Shown here: piece after piece, positions 39,714-50,330 of the stretch
Layout: the number at the start of each line of letters is the position of its first letter
Position numbering within the stretch: position 1 is the stretch's first letter
Source of the DNA: Candidatus Latescibacterota bacterium
GTDB lineage: Bacteria; Latescibacterota; CBDEFO01
Reading direction: 5' to 3'
DNA length: 64,000 bases
Assembly: GCA_965248755.1 (NCBI GenBank)
Contig: OZ252149.1
Coordinates: 3,936,001 to 4,000,000 of the forward strand
Position numbers and translations under genes: made by a program
The notes under the pieces: generated by a model
The model's database searches: none
Told to the model about the DNA's origin: nothing
Seen by the model: only the letters and a program-made list of their open reading frames with translations

Positions 39714-39761
39714 TGTAGATTAGAGCATCAGAACAGAAGAACTTCAACGGAGGTGAACAAA

Positions 39762-40979
39762 ATGACAAGAATCATTCTGTCACTCATACTGGTAATAGGA
39801 TTACTAGTATTGAACATACGCGATTTCGCGTTTGCACAGGAAGGGCCGACGGGTGAATCTCTAGATAAGCTAAAGGAGTTGTCCGACTTTGAAAGCTGGC
39901 CCGGGAAGACGGGTCCTGTTAGAGCTGGTGTTAGACTTTCCAAGGGTATAATACCGATCCTGGAAGGAACTACTGACCTCCTGCCAAACAGGACTCGTGG
40001 CCTATGGGGACAAAAGAACAATCTCGTCATGTACTGGTCCATGTGGCAGATGGGAGAGACAATTATAACGGGACGGGAAGATTACACAGAAGATCGCGTG
40101 GAAATCTGGATTGTCGTGGCGGAGACCGTCGCAGAGGCGCACGAGTACCTTATTGAAAGGTACTTTTACACTTCACTGCCATTTGAAACCCGCGTTCCGC
40201 GGCGCGATCAACCCAATGTCGCGGGAGACATCTCTTTCTTCGGAGGAAGAAAATTTATCCGCAACAACATCGTTGTTGAGATCAGTGCGAAAGGCAAGAT
40301 GAAAGACAAACTGAGAGAAACTGCCGAACAAATAGACGCTCTTCTGCTGACAAGACCAACTGCAACATCCGCTGACCCCTTTAAGCCGGTGATAGAACGA
40401 TTGGAGATAGCACAGGATACTGTAGAACGGGAGAGTAAAACCAAGCTCTTCGTTGAAGCTACCGACCCCTACGGTGGCGATTTGGTATATAAATGGCGAG
40501 GAACTGACGGTGGGATCGGCAAGGATGAATCTGGCGATTACTATTACTATGCCGGAGACTTCGGTGTAAACAACCTTACTCTGAGCCTTATTGTCATAAA
40601 TGATATAGGGTTTGCTTCAAGGGCAAGCATTGGGGTCACAATAGTAGATTCTTTTACTACCCTCGTGGCTAATGAGGAAGGCACGGCTGCGGGGGCTCCT
40701 CAGGCCTTCGCTCTGGAGCAGAACTACCCCAATCCCTTCAATGCTTCTACTGTGATTGGCTATGTGCTGCCCAGATCAGAAAATGTAAGCTTGAAGGTCT
40801 ACAGCCTCCTCGGTCAGGAGATCGCCACTCTGGTGGACGGATATCAGGAGATGGGTTCTCATCGAGTCCACTGGGACGGAATGGATAACGAAGGCCAGCA
40901 AGTTTCCTCAGGGATATATTTCTATCAGCTTCGAGCGGGAGAATTCCAAGAGACAAAGAGGATGACGCTTTTGCGATAG
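39762..40979 (+). CDS. Secreted partner protein, copy 4, with a distinct FlgD-like tail
   Basis: After QNYPNPFN it continues ASTVIGYVLP...KRMTLLR, unlike copies 1-3. Confidence 0.8.
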   Translation: MTRIILSLILVIGLLVLNIRDFAFAQEGPTGESLDKLKELSDFESWPGKTGPVRAGVRLSKGIIPILEGTTDLLPNRTRGLWGQKNNLVMYWSMWQMGETIITGREDYTEDRVEIWIVVAETVAEAHEYLIERYFYTSLPFETRVPRRDQPNVAGDISFFGGRKFIRNNIVVEISAKGKMKDKLRETAEQIDALLLTRPTATSADPFKPVIERLEIAQDTVERESKTKLFVEATDPYGGDLVYKWRGTDGGIGKDESGDYYYYAGDFGVNNLTLSLIVINDIGFASRASIGVTIVDSFTTLVANEEGTAAGAPQAFALEQNYPNPFNASTVIGYVLPRSENVSLKVYSLLGQEIATLVDGYQEMGSHRVHWDGMDNEGQQVSSGIYFYQLRAGEFQETKRMTLLR

Positions 40980-41001
40980 ATGTGTCCCTATTGGTATGAG
41001 G

Positions 41002-41040
41002 AAGACGGCTATGGCCAATTTGGTGTAGCTGTCTTTTTTT
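41002..41040 (+). terminator. Rho-independent terminator of the array operon
   Basis: Stem AAGACGGCTA/TAGCTGTCTT followed by a T run. Confidence 0.65.
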
Positions 41041-41190
41041 GCTTTTAGAAGTTTTTGTTAAACAGCAGAATAGCGCCAGCAGGGATGTGCTACTACTTGT
41101 TAGGTGCGGCTCTGCTGAACGTCATGTCCTTTTGTTCGATCAGACAGGCATGGGTTGCTCGGAGATAGTAGTTTGGCTAGTCCTAACTTC

Positions 41191-41703
41191 TTACTCAGAA
41201 TTGCCGATCATAAGCACTGCTGCAGTGTGTGATGAATTTTCCGCCTTTTCAAAGGCGTCGGGTATCGTCCAGATGTCTTCATTACGGGCGAGTGTAGAAT
41301 AAGGGATGTCCCAGGCTTTCAGGGTGGGTTCCAGGAGGGTGGCTACGCTGTCGACGTATTTTCCGCCATCGGCCATAGATTTATAACCTCTGTAGCCTAT
41401 GATCATAACGAGTGGAATTTTCATGTTCAGGACGTTTCCTCTTATTCCGTCTCCCGATTCCAAGAAACCCGTATTTTGAATAATGACTATCGGCTTTTTG
41501 CCTCCTATATAAAGACCGGAGGCTATTGAGATGGCCTCTCCCTCTCTAGTAGCCGTAATCACATCAATATCATCGTCTTTCCAGAGAAGTTCATAAATCG
41601 CCCTAGACCCGTTATCCGGCACGCCGATCATATGCGTAACGCCCTGTTTCTTGAACTCTTCCACTATCAATCGAGCGCTGATCAAGAAGAAGACCCCTTT
41701 CAT
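41191..41703 (-). CDS. TPP-dependent decarboxylase alpha subunit (sulfopyruvate decarboxylase ComD-like)
   Basis: GVPD...TREGEAISIASG...IQNTG...IGYRG. Confidence 0.85.
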   Translation of the reverse strand: MKGVFFLISARLIVEEFKKQGVTHMIGVPDNGSRAIYELLWKDDDIDVITATREGEAISIASGLYIGGKKPIVIIQNTGFLESGDGIRGNVLNMKIPLVMIIGYRGYKSMADGGKYVDSVATLLEPTLKAWDIPYSTLARNEDIWTIPDAFEKAENSSHTAAVLMIGNSE

Positions 41704-41808
41704 ATTGGTGCTCAGGACTCAAGCAAAGGCAGCTGTAAGCAGGCGAAAAATAGGCTGGGCGAACCTGCATGCCCAGCCTGCATAGGCTAAATATAGATAG
41801 TTGCCTGT

Positions 41809-42525
41809 TTAATCCCTTGCGGCTTCCTCCTCTTTTTCCATGATTAAGCCATTATACAGAAGCGCGGCTACGGCGCCCCCTACGATAGGTCCTATCCAGT
41901 AGACCAGATGATTGACACCGTCCCAGTAGCCCCCAACCAAGGCTGGCCCGAACGCCCTGGCCGGATTCATCGCAGCTCCGGTTAAGCCACCACCCGCAAG
42001 GATGTCCATAGTGAGCACAAGACCTATCCCGAATCCGCCTAGCTTGGGTGCCCGTTTGTCAACTGCCGTCCCGAAGATCGCAAAGAGAAGCAGGAAGGTC
42101 AAAAAAGCCTCAATCATACAACCTCTCTTAAAGCCGATGTCGCTTGTAAGAGTGGGCGTTCCGAGCTTCGCCATTTCCATCACAAACATATTTCCGATCA
42201 TAAGCCCCTTAAAGGTCGATCTCACCGCGATTGCGCCTAAAGCCCCGCCTATCAGCTGAGATATGATGTACATTATCGCCGTTCCAGCACTGATTTTCCG
42301 GGTTATCAGCATTGCGATGGTCACGGCTGGGTTGATGTGTCCGCCTGAGATATTCATCGTCGCCGAGACGGCAATAGACAGTGCAAGACCGTGAGCGATG
42401 GCTATCCCAAGAAGACCTACTTCTCCTTTAGTATAGACGTCCATACAGATTGCCCCGGCTCCTATGAAGATCAGAGTGAACGTCCCGACTAACTCAGCCA
42501 GATAGGATTTCAAGCTGCTGTTCAT
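41809..42525 (-). CDS. Aquaporin (MIP family)
   Basis: SGGHINPAVT and AMNPARAFGPA NPA motifs. Confidence 0.95.
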   Translation of the reverse strand: MNSSLKSYLAELVGTFTLIFIGAGAICMDVYTKGEVGLLGIAIAHGLALSIAVSATMNISGGHINPAVTIAMLITRKISAGTAIMYIISQLIGGALGAIAVRSTFKGLMIGNMFVMEMAKLGTPTLTSDIGFKRGCMIEAFLTFLLLFAIFGTAVDKRAPKLGGFGIGLVLTMDILAGGGLTGAAMNPARAFGPALVGGYWDGVNHLVYWIGPIVGGAVAALLYNGLIMEKEEEAARD

Positions 42526-42609
42526 CTTGATTTCTCTCCCTCATCAGTGTAAAGCGTGAAAGACACACAGAGGCGGTCTTCCACGCTTTACGCTATTGGC
42601 TAATAGTCT

Positions 42610-43224
42610 TTATCCCATCGCCTGTTTGTAGTTCTCAGCCACCTGGTCCCAGTTGACCACGTTCCACCAGGCGGAGATATAGTCAGGGCGCCGATTCTGG
42701 TAGTTCAGATAATAGGCGTGCTCCCATACATCCAGACCCAGAATGGGCGTGCGCCCTTCTGAGAGCGGGCTATCCTGGTTCGGAGTTGATTCGACGATCA
42801 ACGTGCCCGATCCGTCAACTGAGAGCCAGGCCCATCCGCTGCCGAAGCGAGTTGCACCTGCGGTTGATAGTTTCTCCTTGAACGAGGCGAAGGAGCCCAA
42901 AGTGCTGTTGATGGCTCCTGCCAGTTCACCGGAGGGGTCTCCGCCGCCGTCCCCGCTCATAAGGGGCCAGAACAGACTGTGGTTAGCGTGTCCTCCGCCG
43001 TTGTTTCTCACAGCCGTACGGATGCCCTCAGGGACGCTGTCGAGGGAGCTGATCAACTCCTCAATGCTCTTGCCCTGAAGGTCTGCGTTGCCCTCAAGTG
43101 CCTTGTTGAGGTTGGTCACGTAGGCGTTGTGATGTTTGCCGTGATGGATCTCCATCGTCCGAGCGTCGATGTGCGGCTCCAACGCACCGAAATCGTAAGG
43201 CAGAGCCGGTAATTCGTGTGGCAT
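42610..43224 (-). CDS. sodA: Mn/Fe superoxide dismutase
   Basis: [30 protein letters not shown]. Confidence 0.92.
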   Translation of the reverse strand: MPHELPALPYDFGALEPHIDARTMEIHHGKHHNAYVTNLNKALEGNADLQGKSIEELISSLDSVPEGIRTAVRNNGGGHANHSLFWPLMSGDGGGDPSGELAGAINSTLGSFASFKEKLSTAGATRFGSGWAWLSVDGSGTLIVESTPNQDSPLSEGRTPILGLDVWEHAYYLNYQNRRPDYISAWWNVVNWDQVAENYKQAMG

Positions 43225-43351
43225 ATACGTCCTCCTTTATGTCATGGTTTGTATTGGTGATGGACGAACTCTATTGATATATCAGCAACTTGACTTCCTC
43301 TTATTCTTCGCCAGCATTTAGGTGTTTTAACTTCAGATTCTTCGCCAGACC

Positions 43352-43771
43352 TAACCGAAATGGGAACAGAGTCCGTAAAATTCCACGCGGCTGTCATCTA
43401 CTCTGAACGCCGTCTTCACCTGTCCCGAGCGCTCCAGCGTCATCCAGCTGAGACGGCGGGAGGTCCACATCGACTATATCACCGCAACTGACGCAGACGG
43501 CATGGTGGTGTTCGGCCATATTGCCGTCGTAGCGAGCAGTGCGATCACCCCGGTTCAGCTCCCTTACAAGGTTGTTCTCCTTGAGGGATCGCAAGTTCCC
43601 GTAAACCGTTCCAAAACTTATGTTGGGCATCTTCTCCTTTACTCGCGCATATATATCTGCCGCGCGGGGATGATCCCGGGATCTTTGTGCCTCCTCCAAT
43701 ATAAGATTTCTCTGCCTGGTCAGCCTCTGACCCTCCTTGTTCAGTTTAATTTTAAGAGTATTCTTATCAAT
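43352..43771 (-). pseudogene. Fur/PerR-family regulator, frameshifted near the C-terminus
   Basis: RLTRQRNLILE...HPRAADIY...ISFGTVY...HHHAVCVSCG; the expected VEFYGLC end is in another frame (TAFRVDDSRVEFYGLCSHFG*); no ATG at the expected start. Confidence 0.7.
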
Positions 43772-44220
43772 CGCTTAATTCGGCCCCCATTAAATGGTAC
43801 CAATGGTTGATAATATATGCCGACAGGAAAGACATGTCAAGTGATTTTTTCTTTCCATAAAGTTATAGATAAAGATTGCGAAAGGGCAAAAGAATATCTC
43901 TTTTTTTCTCAGCCTTCTATTATTCTACAGAACAATTTCCACGAGCTAAAGGTTACCTGAATGGCGGTAGGATCATACATCAGATTAAGTGTGAATTGCG
44001 GCAAGATCAAAGTCACAGACTAAAAGAGAGCCACCGTCACAGGCACTTTGCTCTTTCCTGGCTCCAGCTCATGCTTCCAGCAAAGTTCCCAAGGTGCGTC
44101 GCAAATACTTTTGTGCTTGACTGAGATGCAGCTTTTATTTATCTTTCACTCAGCCGCTCTTTTCGAGCTGCTGCAGTAAGCAGGCCTGCATTGGGAATTT
44201 TGATCACATAAGGAGGTGAA

Positions 44221-45579
44221 ATGGCAAAAGAGGCTGTGGAACTCGCTGTCAAAGAGCCACCTGTGGGATTGCTAGGAACCCTGCGCAATATCGGCCCGGG
44301 AATCGTCATATCTGGCTCGGTGATAGGCTCAGGTGAGTTGATCGTCACAACCACGATGGGAGCAAGGCACGGATTCGTATTCCTGTGGGCTGTGATCATC
44401 TGCTGCGTGATTAAATATTTCATACAGATAGAATTAGGAAGATATTGCCTGATCAACAACTGCACCACCATTCAGGCTCTGAACAAGGTCCCCGGACCCA
44501 AATTTCGCGGGACCTCATGGATTGTGCTGATCATCTTTGTCGGTATTGCGTTGACTATGGTAGCGCTGGCGGGGATCTTAGGCTCCGTTGTGGGATTATT
44601 TATGACGATATTCCCGAGAATCAGCGCGGAAGTCTGGGCAGGTATTATCTGTATCAGCATTATTGCGCTCCTTTTTCGCGGACTCTACAGCGACATAGAA
44701 AAGTTCGTCATCTCCCTTGTGGCCGGATTCTCGCTTGTCGTCATCTCCTTGCTATTTCTCATCCAGGGGACAGAGTACTCGATCTCCCTTGCCCAACTTA
44801 AGAGTGGCCTTCTATTCAAGATGCCCGAAGGTGGCGGCGTAATAGCCATAAGCCTGATGGGAGCTGTGGGGATAACGGCTATCGAACTGTTCATGTATCC
44901 CTACTGGATTTTGGAGAAGGGCTATGCAAGTTTTATCGGCGGGAAGCACCACTACGATAACGATAGGGACGGATGGATAAGGAGGAGTAAAGGCTGGATT
45001 GGCGTGATGAGAGCAGATGCTCTGATCTGCACAGGACTGGCTACAGTCATAACCTTCGCATATTATGTGATAGGTGCGGCTGTCCTGCACGGGTTAAAGG
45101 TGCTCCCAGAGGGAATGGACGTGGTGAGGGACATCTCCAGCATATTCACCGAAACCTACGGCAAATGGGCTTACTGGCTCTTTACGTTTGGAGCATTTTG
45201 CACTCTGTACTCCACCCTCACAGTCTGCACGGCAGCGGTGGGAAGGATGTGGACAGACCTGTCCGCAAGCTTGGGATTTACCGTGTGGGATGACGAAAAG
45301 GCACGATTCAAATGGATCAGATTTTTCCAGGTGTTCTTTCTCCTCCTGTGGCTGGGATTTTCCCTGGGCATCCCCCGACCTGTCATGCTCATCGTGTTCG
45401 GCGCATCAGCAAATGGCTTGAACCTTGCCGTTTTTGCCGTCGGAGTCCTTCTCATTGTCAGAAAAGTCGATAAAGTCGATAGAGAAGTGGCGATGGGCAG
45501 GTTTTCCAACTTTATGCTTACCTTCACTACCGCGATCACCTTTATCTATTTTATCTATATCATTTTGCCAGTACTGTGA
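44221..45579 (+). CDS. Nramp-like transporter
   Basis: IGPGIVISGSVIGSGEL; about 11 TMs; AAGGAGGTG RBS. Confidence 0.85.
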   Translation: MAKEAVELAVKEPPVGLLGTLRNIGPGIVISGSVIGSGELIVTTTMGARHGFVFLWAVIICCVIKYFIQIELGRYCLINNCTTIQALNKVPGPKFRGTSWIVLIIFVGIALTMVALAGILGSVVGLFMTIFPRISAEVWAGIICISIIALLFRGLYSDIEKFVISLVAGFSLVVISLLFLIQGTEYSISLAQLKSGLLFKMPEGGGVIAISLMGAVGITAIELFMYPYWILEKGYASFIGGKHHYDNDRDGWIRRSKGWIGVMRADALICTGLATVITFAYYVIGAAVLHGLKVLPEGMDVVRDISSIFTETYGKWAYWLFTFGAFCTLYSTLTVCTAAVGRMWTDLSASLGFTVWDDEKARFKWIRFFQVFFLLLWLGFSLGIPRPVMLIVFGASANGLNLAVFAVGVLLIVRKVDKVDREVAMGRFSNFMLTFTTAITFIYFIYIILPVL

Positions 45580-45780
45580 TCACCTTTATCTATTTTATTT
45601 ATCATTTCAGCCTTGTAGTGGTAAACCAATAGTAAGGCGCCTTTTCTCCCAAGAATCTCTTCGATACTCCTGGCTCAAAGTTGGATTCGACAACTACAGG
45701 CAATGTTATTATATTCAAATAGAATCAGAGATTATTAGACAGGTAGGTACTTTCTCTCATGTCACCAGAATGGTCCTGGC

Positions 45781-45907
45781 TCCGCGTCCCCTTCGGGGTC
45801 GGGGCGAGTGCCCCCTCGCGATGACAGGAGGTAAGAGTAGACAGTGTCATTACGAGCCCCCTCGATTGAATCTATCGGGGGTTAAATCGGGGGAGCGAAG
45901 CCATCTG
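45781..45907. repeat. REP/MITE-like palindromic element
   Basis: CTCGCGATGACA...TGTCATTACGAG IR; TCTATCGGGGGTT core shared (inverted) with ~14072-14084; ends in CGAAGCCATC. Confidence 0.55.
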
Positions 45908-45974
45908 ACTCGTTGTAGGGGGATGGGTGGGATTGCCCAGTATTCTGACTACTGTCTGCTCGGTCGAGAGGGAT

Positions 45975-47039
45975 ATGCTCAATAGACTTGAAAAGTACAG
46001 CAAAAATATTCTACAGAGCATCACCGAAGGGATAGTTGCGTTCGGTTCGGACAGGACAGTCCTTGCTGCTAACAGATGTTTTCTGGAGATGCTGAAAAAG
46101 ACAAAAACGGGGGTTTTAGGGCAATCCTACACAACCGTCTTTGAGGGAGTGCCTGATCTTATAAACGTTTTACATGACGCCTTCAAAAAGGCTCGATTCC
46201 CGGAAGACCGCGATATAGATTACTCCTTGCACGACGGAACTAGCAGACTCTTGAGGGTTAGTACGTCTCCCTTAAAGGACGAAGGAGACTCCGTCTTGGG
46301 GATAGTTATGATCCTCAAGGACATATCAGTTCTCAAGAGTGCTCAGCACTCGATGTTGCAGATAGAAAAGATGAACGCCTTGGGCAGGCTTGCAGTATCA
46401 ATCGCGCACGAAATCAGGAATCCCCTAAGCGCCATCGACATTCAACTACAGCTTTTGGAGGAGGACTTAGAACAAGAGGGTCCCTCGTTAAGAGAGAAGA
46501 TTTACGATCGAACGGGAATAGCCCAGGTTGAGATGAGAAGGCTGGACAATATCCTGAACAACTTCTTGCGCTTTTCCCGTCCCCCACAGTTGAAGCTTTC
46601 CTGTGTGAACCTTAACGATATTGTAGGACACGTGATAGCCTTGGTGACGCCTGAGGCGAAAGAAAGAGAGATTAAACTTGAGGCACAGCTCGACAAAGGA
46701 CTTCCCTATATAGAGGGAGACGAAGATCAACTCAGCCAGGCACTTTTGAATATAGTCATAAACTCCTTTCAGGCTATAGATGGCAAGGGTCATATATCTA
46801 TTAAAACAAAGTCCGCTTCCGGGGAGATTTTACTGGAAGTGTCCGACGACGGATGCGGGCTTCACCAGAAGGAACTTCCTAACATTTTTGAATTCTACTA
46901 CACGACAAAAGATGAAGGCACAGGATTGGGGTTGTCCATAGCCCAGAGGGCTATCCATCAGCATCAAGGTACAATCGAGGTAAAGAGCAAACCCGGGTCC
47001 GGGACAACCGTTGTGATCGCTATTCCAGTCAGGTCATAG
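45975..47039 (+). CDS. PAS-domain sensor histidine kinase (NtrB/AtoS-like)
   Basis: IAHEIRNPL H-box; N box; DDGCG; GTGLGL. Confidence 0.92.
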   Translation: MLNRLEKYSKNILQSITEGIVAFGSDRTVLAANRCFLEMLKKTKTGVLGQSYTTVFEGVPDLINVLHDAFKKARFPEDRDIDYSLHDGTSRLLRVSTSPLKDEGDSVLGIVMILKDISVLKSAQHSMLQIEKMNALGRLAVSIAHEIRNPLSAIDIQLQLLEEDLEQEGPSLREKIYDRTGIAQVEMRRLDNILNNFLRFSRPPQLKLSCVNLNDIVGHVIALVTPEAKEREIKLEAQLDKGLPYIEGDEDQLSQALLNIVINSFQAIDGKGHISIKTKSASGEILLEVSDDGCGLHQKELPNIFEFYYTTKDEGTGLGLSIAQRAIHQHQGTIEVKSKPGSGTTVVIAIPVRS

Positions 47040-47042
47040 AAG

Positions 47043-48413
47043 ATGGAATCTGGAGTGGAAATACCTAACGTTAAGATATTGGTCGCGGACGACGAGTTCA
47101 ACATATCCAGTGGACTGAAAGAGGTGCTTCAGAAGAGCGGATACCTGGTCGATGTGGCATCTGATGGAAACAGGGGCGCCGAACTGGTCGAAAAGGAGCT
47201 TTACAACCTGGCCATCGTAGACCTCAAAATGCCAGGTCCTGGAGGGCTTGAAATCTTAAGGCGCATAAGAGAAAAGAGCCCGGACACCATAGTGATAATT
47301 ATCACAGCCTATGGGACTGTCTCCACAGCCGTAGATGCTATCAAAGGAGGAGCCTATGACTACATCACCAAGCCTGTGGATATTAAGCGTTTAAGGCTTA
47401 TCGTGGATCGTGCCCTGGAGCATCAGGCCCTCATCGCGGAGAATAAGGAGTTGCGCTCGCGTCTTGAAGGTGACGATTCCCTGGGCACCATCGTCGCCAG
47501 GAGCCAGGGGATGAGGAAAGTAACCGAGATCGTAAAACAGGTCGCTTTAAGTGATGTGCCTGTCCTGCTTCAGGGTGAAACGGGGACGGGGAAGGAACTT
47601 GTAGCTCGCTCGATCCATCAAAGAAGCCAGCACCGCAAGGGACCTTTCATTGCACTGAACTGCGGAGCCGTTCCGGACAATCTCTTTGAAAGTGAGCTTT
47701 TCGGGCATACAAAAGGGGCGTTTACTGGAGCCCACGCCGACAGACCCGGCAGGTTCCATATGGCACAGGGCGGCACCCTCTTTCTGGATGAAATAACTGA
47801 AATCCCCCTTCAAAACCAGGTGGACCTGTTGAGGGTGCTTGAAGAGAAGGAGTTTCAAGCCGTGGGAGGAACGGATACTATCAAGTCCGCTGTAAGGATT
47901 ATCTCTGCGACCAACAGAGATCTTCAAAAGGCAGTGGAGGATGGATCTTTCAGAGAAGACCTCTACTACCGCCTCAACGTTGTTCCCATAGAGCTCCCTC
48001 CGCTCCGAGATAGAAAGGAGGACATACCTGTCCTTATCGAATCCTTTCTGGAGCAGTTCTGTCACATACATAGACAGAGATCCAGACGTATCTGTTCCGA
48101 TGCGATGAGAGCCCTTATCGACTACCGGTGGCCCGGAAATGTCCGTGAGCTTAAGAACACTGTCGAAAGGATAGTCGTAACGTCTTCAGAGCAGGAGATA
48201 AAGCCCGAACATCTCCCTCTTCAGATACAATCGGCACGTGAACCTTCTCGTTCCTTCACAGTGGGATTAGGCATCTCTATCCAGGAGATGGAAAAAAGAC
48301 TCATCCGCGAGACGCTCACCCACGTCAGTTCCAACCGCAAGCAGGCTGCATCTGCCCTCGGAATCAGCCTGCGCACACTCCAGTACAAACTTAAAGAGTA
48401 CAAGCTCCTTTAG
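47043..48413 (+). CDS. Sigma54-dependent response regulator (NtrC/AtoC family)
   Basis: REC domain, [22 protein letters not shown], Fis-type HTH. Confidence 0.95.
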   Translation: MESGVEIPNVKILVADDEFNISSGLKEVLQKSGYLVDVASDGNRGAELVEKELYNLAIVDLKMPGPGGLEILRRIREKSPDTIVIIITAYGTVSTAVDAIKGGAYDYITKPVDIKRLRLIVDRALEHQALIAENKELRSRLEGDDSLGTIVARSQGMRKVTEIVKQVALSDVPVLLQGETGTGKELVARSIHQRSQHRKGPFIALNCGAVPDNLFESELFGHTKGAFTGAHADRPGRFHMAQGGTLFLDEITEIPLQNQVDLLRVLEEKEFQAVGGTDTIKSAVRIISATNRDLQKAVEDGSFREDLYYRLNVVPIELPPLRDRKEDIPVLIESFLEQFCHIHRQRSRRICSDAMRALIDYRWPGNVRELKNTVERIVVTSSEQEIKPEHLPLQIQSAREPSRSFTVGLGISIQEMEKRLIRETLTHVSSNRKQAASALGISLRTLQYKLKEYKLL

Positions 48414-48531
48414 ATAGCGTAATCTTCTAATTCCCTATTTCTTGGTTCTTCAAGAAAGTTCTTCGATGCTTTTTGAGACCTTTATGCTTTCAGCTATCTG
48501 ATAAAGGCTCATGCAGCTATAACTTGTCGGT

Positions 48532-49923
48532 ATGGCATCCAACCGTTCTCACAAATCATCCGCGGCATCCCAGGGCGCCTTCTGGAATCACCTTTTTGCT
48601 CCAGTTGATATCGCCTCCCTCGTTTACTTCCGTATCGCCTTTGGTGTGATCATGCTCTGGGAGGTGTATCGCTACTTCGATCATGGCTGGATCCATCGCT
48701 ACTTCATTGACCCGACCTTTTACTTCAAGTACTATGGTTTTGAATGGATACGACCGTTGCCTGGCCACGGCATGTATCTGCACTTCTTAGCCCTGGCTGC
48801 ACTCGCCATCTGTATCGCCCTTGGCCTCTGGTACCGTATCAGTGCCACTCTCTTTTTCGTAGGATTCACCTACATCTTCCTGTTAGATCAGGCGAACTAT
48901 CTAAACCATTTTTATCTGATTAGCCTGATCAGCCTGCTGCTGATCTTCGTGCCTGCGCATCTCTCTCTCTCGATCGATTCGGTTCGACGCCCAAAGATCC
49001 ATTCTAACACCGCACCGGCATGGGCGCTGTGGCTGCTTCAAGCGCAGATCGGTATCGCTTATTTCTACGGTGGTCTGGCGAAGTTGAACGATGATTGGCT
49101 ACATGGCGAGCCGATGCGGATGTGGCTGGCTGCACGCACTAGTTTTCCCATAATCGGCCCGCACTTCACCGAGGAATGGATGGTCTACCTATTCAGCTAC
49201 GGTGGTCTGCTACTCGATCTATTGATTGTCCCTTTGCTTCTATGGCAGCGAACACGCGTCTTTGGATTCGCTGCAGCTGTTGCGTTTCACCTGCTAAATG
49301 CAAAGCTCTTTAGGATAGGAATCTTCCCATGGTTCATGATTGCCGCAACAACGCTGTTCTTCTCTCCGGACTGGCCGCGTCTTGGCGGTCGGTGGTGGAC
49401 GGTCAAAAAGCATGAAGACCGTCAGCGGACTGCTACGGCCTTCCTGAGTTCTGGACAGAGCGCCACAGTCGTACTGCTGGGGATCTATCTTGCACTACAA
49501 CTCTTGGTACCGCTGCGCCACTTCCTCTATCCTGGGTATGTGGGCTGGACGGAGGAGGGACACCGCTTTGCATGGCACATGAAGCTGCGCACCAAGAAAG
49601 TTAAGGCAAGGTTCTTTGCAACCGATCCGGTGAATCATACAACCTGGAAGGTCAATCCAAAGAATTACCTGACTCGGCGGCAGCGGAAGAAGATGCCTAA
49701 ACGACCAGATATGATCCTGCAGTTCTGCCAGTACATTGCCAGTGAACTGCGCAAGGAGGGCTACGATCAGATCGAGGTTCGAGCGAGGGTCTTGGCTTCT
49801 CTGAACGGGCGCAAACACCAGTTACTAATCGATCCGACGGTTAATCTGGCTTCGAAACCGCGCACGCTGATGTCAGAACCATGGATCGTGCCCCTGATAG
49901 AACCACTACCAACGCAAGAATAG
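48532..49923 (+). CDS. HTTM-domain / vitamin K-dependent gamma-carboxylase-like membrane protein
   Basis: SLVYFRIAFG, YLNHFYL, YGGLAKLNDDWLHG, IGIFPW, WTEEGHRFAWHMKLR, SLNGR...LIDP. Confidence 0.88.
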   Translation: MASNRSHKSSAASQGAFWNHLFAPVDIASLVYFRIAFGVIMLWEVYRYFDHGWIHRYFIDPTFYFKYYGFEWIRPLPGHGMYLHFLALAALAICIALGLWYRISATLFFVGFTYIFLLDQANYLNHFYLISLISLLLIFVPAHLSLSIDSVRRPKIHSNTAPAWALWLLQAQIGIAYFYGGLAKLNDDWLHGEPMRMWLAARTSFPIIGPHFTEEWMVYLFSYGGLLLDLLIVPLLLWQRTRVFGFAAAVAFHLLNAKLFRIGIFPWFMIAATTLFFSPDWPRLGGRWWTVKKHEDRQRTATAFLSSGQSATVVLLGIYLALQLLVPLRHFLYPGYVGWTEEGHRFAWHMKLRTKKVKARFFATDPVNHTTWKVNPKNYLTRRQRKKMPKRPDMILQFCQYIASELRKEGYDQIEVRARVLASLNGRKHQLLIDPTVNLASKPRTLMSEPWIVPLIEPLPTQE

Positions 49924-50330
49924 GACCGAAAGAGCGACAGAAAGTGTGGGAGAACCATCAGTTTGGAATGAGAGCCTCGAAGACAAGGCTGAACCCGGAT
50001 GAGCCGCGAAGTATCTTTGGAGACGATTTTCAGATATTCTCAGAAAATACAAACTTTCCGAATCATAGTGGGCTGAGAGGTTTTCCTTGACACCTAACAA
50101 TGTTCTTTGTATTGTTGTATCAAATGTTCAGTGTCCACAAAGCCATCCACGTATAAGATAGTCAATATTTGTAGATCCTAAAGGCGGTTCAACCTTTTTT
50201 AAATTTTCCACAAAGCGTGATTGTAGTCACAGACAGGAAGTTTGTCCATCATTATCTTTTGTTATGATTTCTGACAACTTAGTTTATAGTTGGCGAATAT
50301 TCTTGTCTACCGAGGAGGTGTGATCAACCT

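Larger units (their letters stand above)
28319..40742 (+). repeat. Four-copy tandem array of a ~3.1-kb three-gene unit (periods 3101/3099/3101/3099)
   Basis: CAGAACTACCCCAATCCCTT(T/C)AAT recurs at 28319, 31420, 34519, 37620 and 40719; the ORF set repeats with that period. Confidence 0.97.

Noticed and set aside
28319..40742. Diversity-generating retroelement or shufflon as the cause of array variation
   Set aside because: No reverse transcriptase or site-specific recombinase in the window; differences are shared multi-base blocks, not adenine-specific changes or inversions
43930..44220. Possible metal-sensing riboswitch upstream of the Nramp gene
   Set aside because: No yybP-ykoY or other riboswitch consensus recognised by eye; an Rfam scan would be needed
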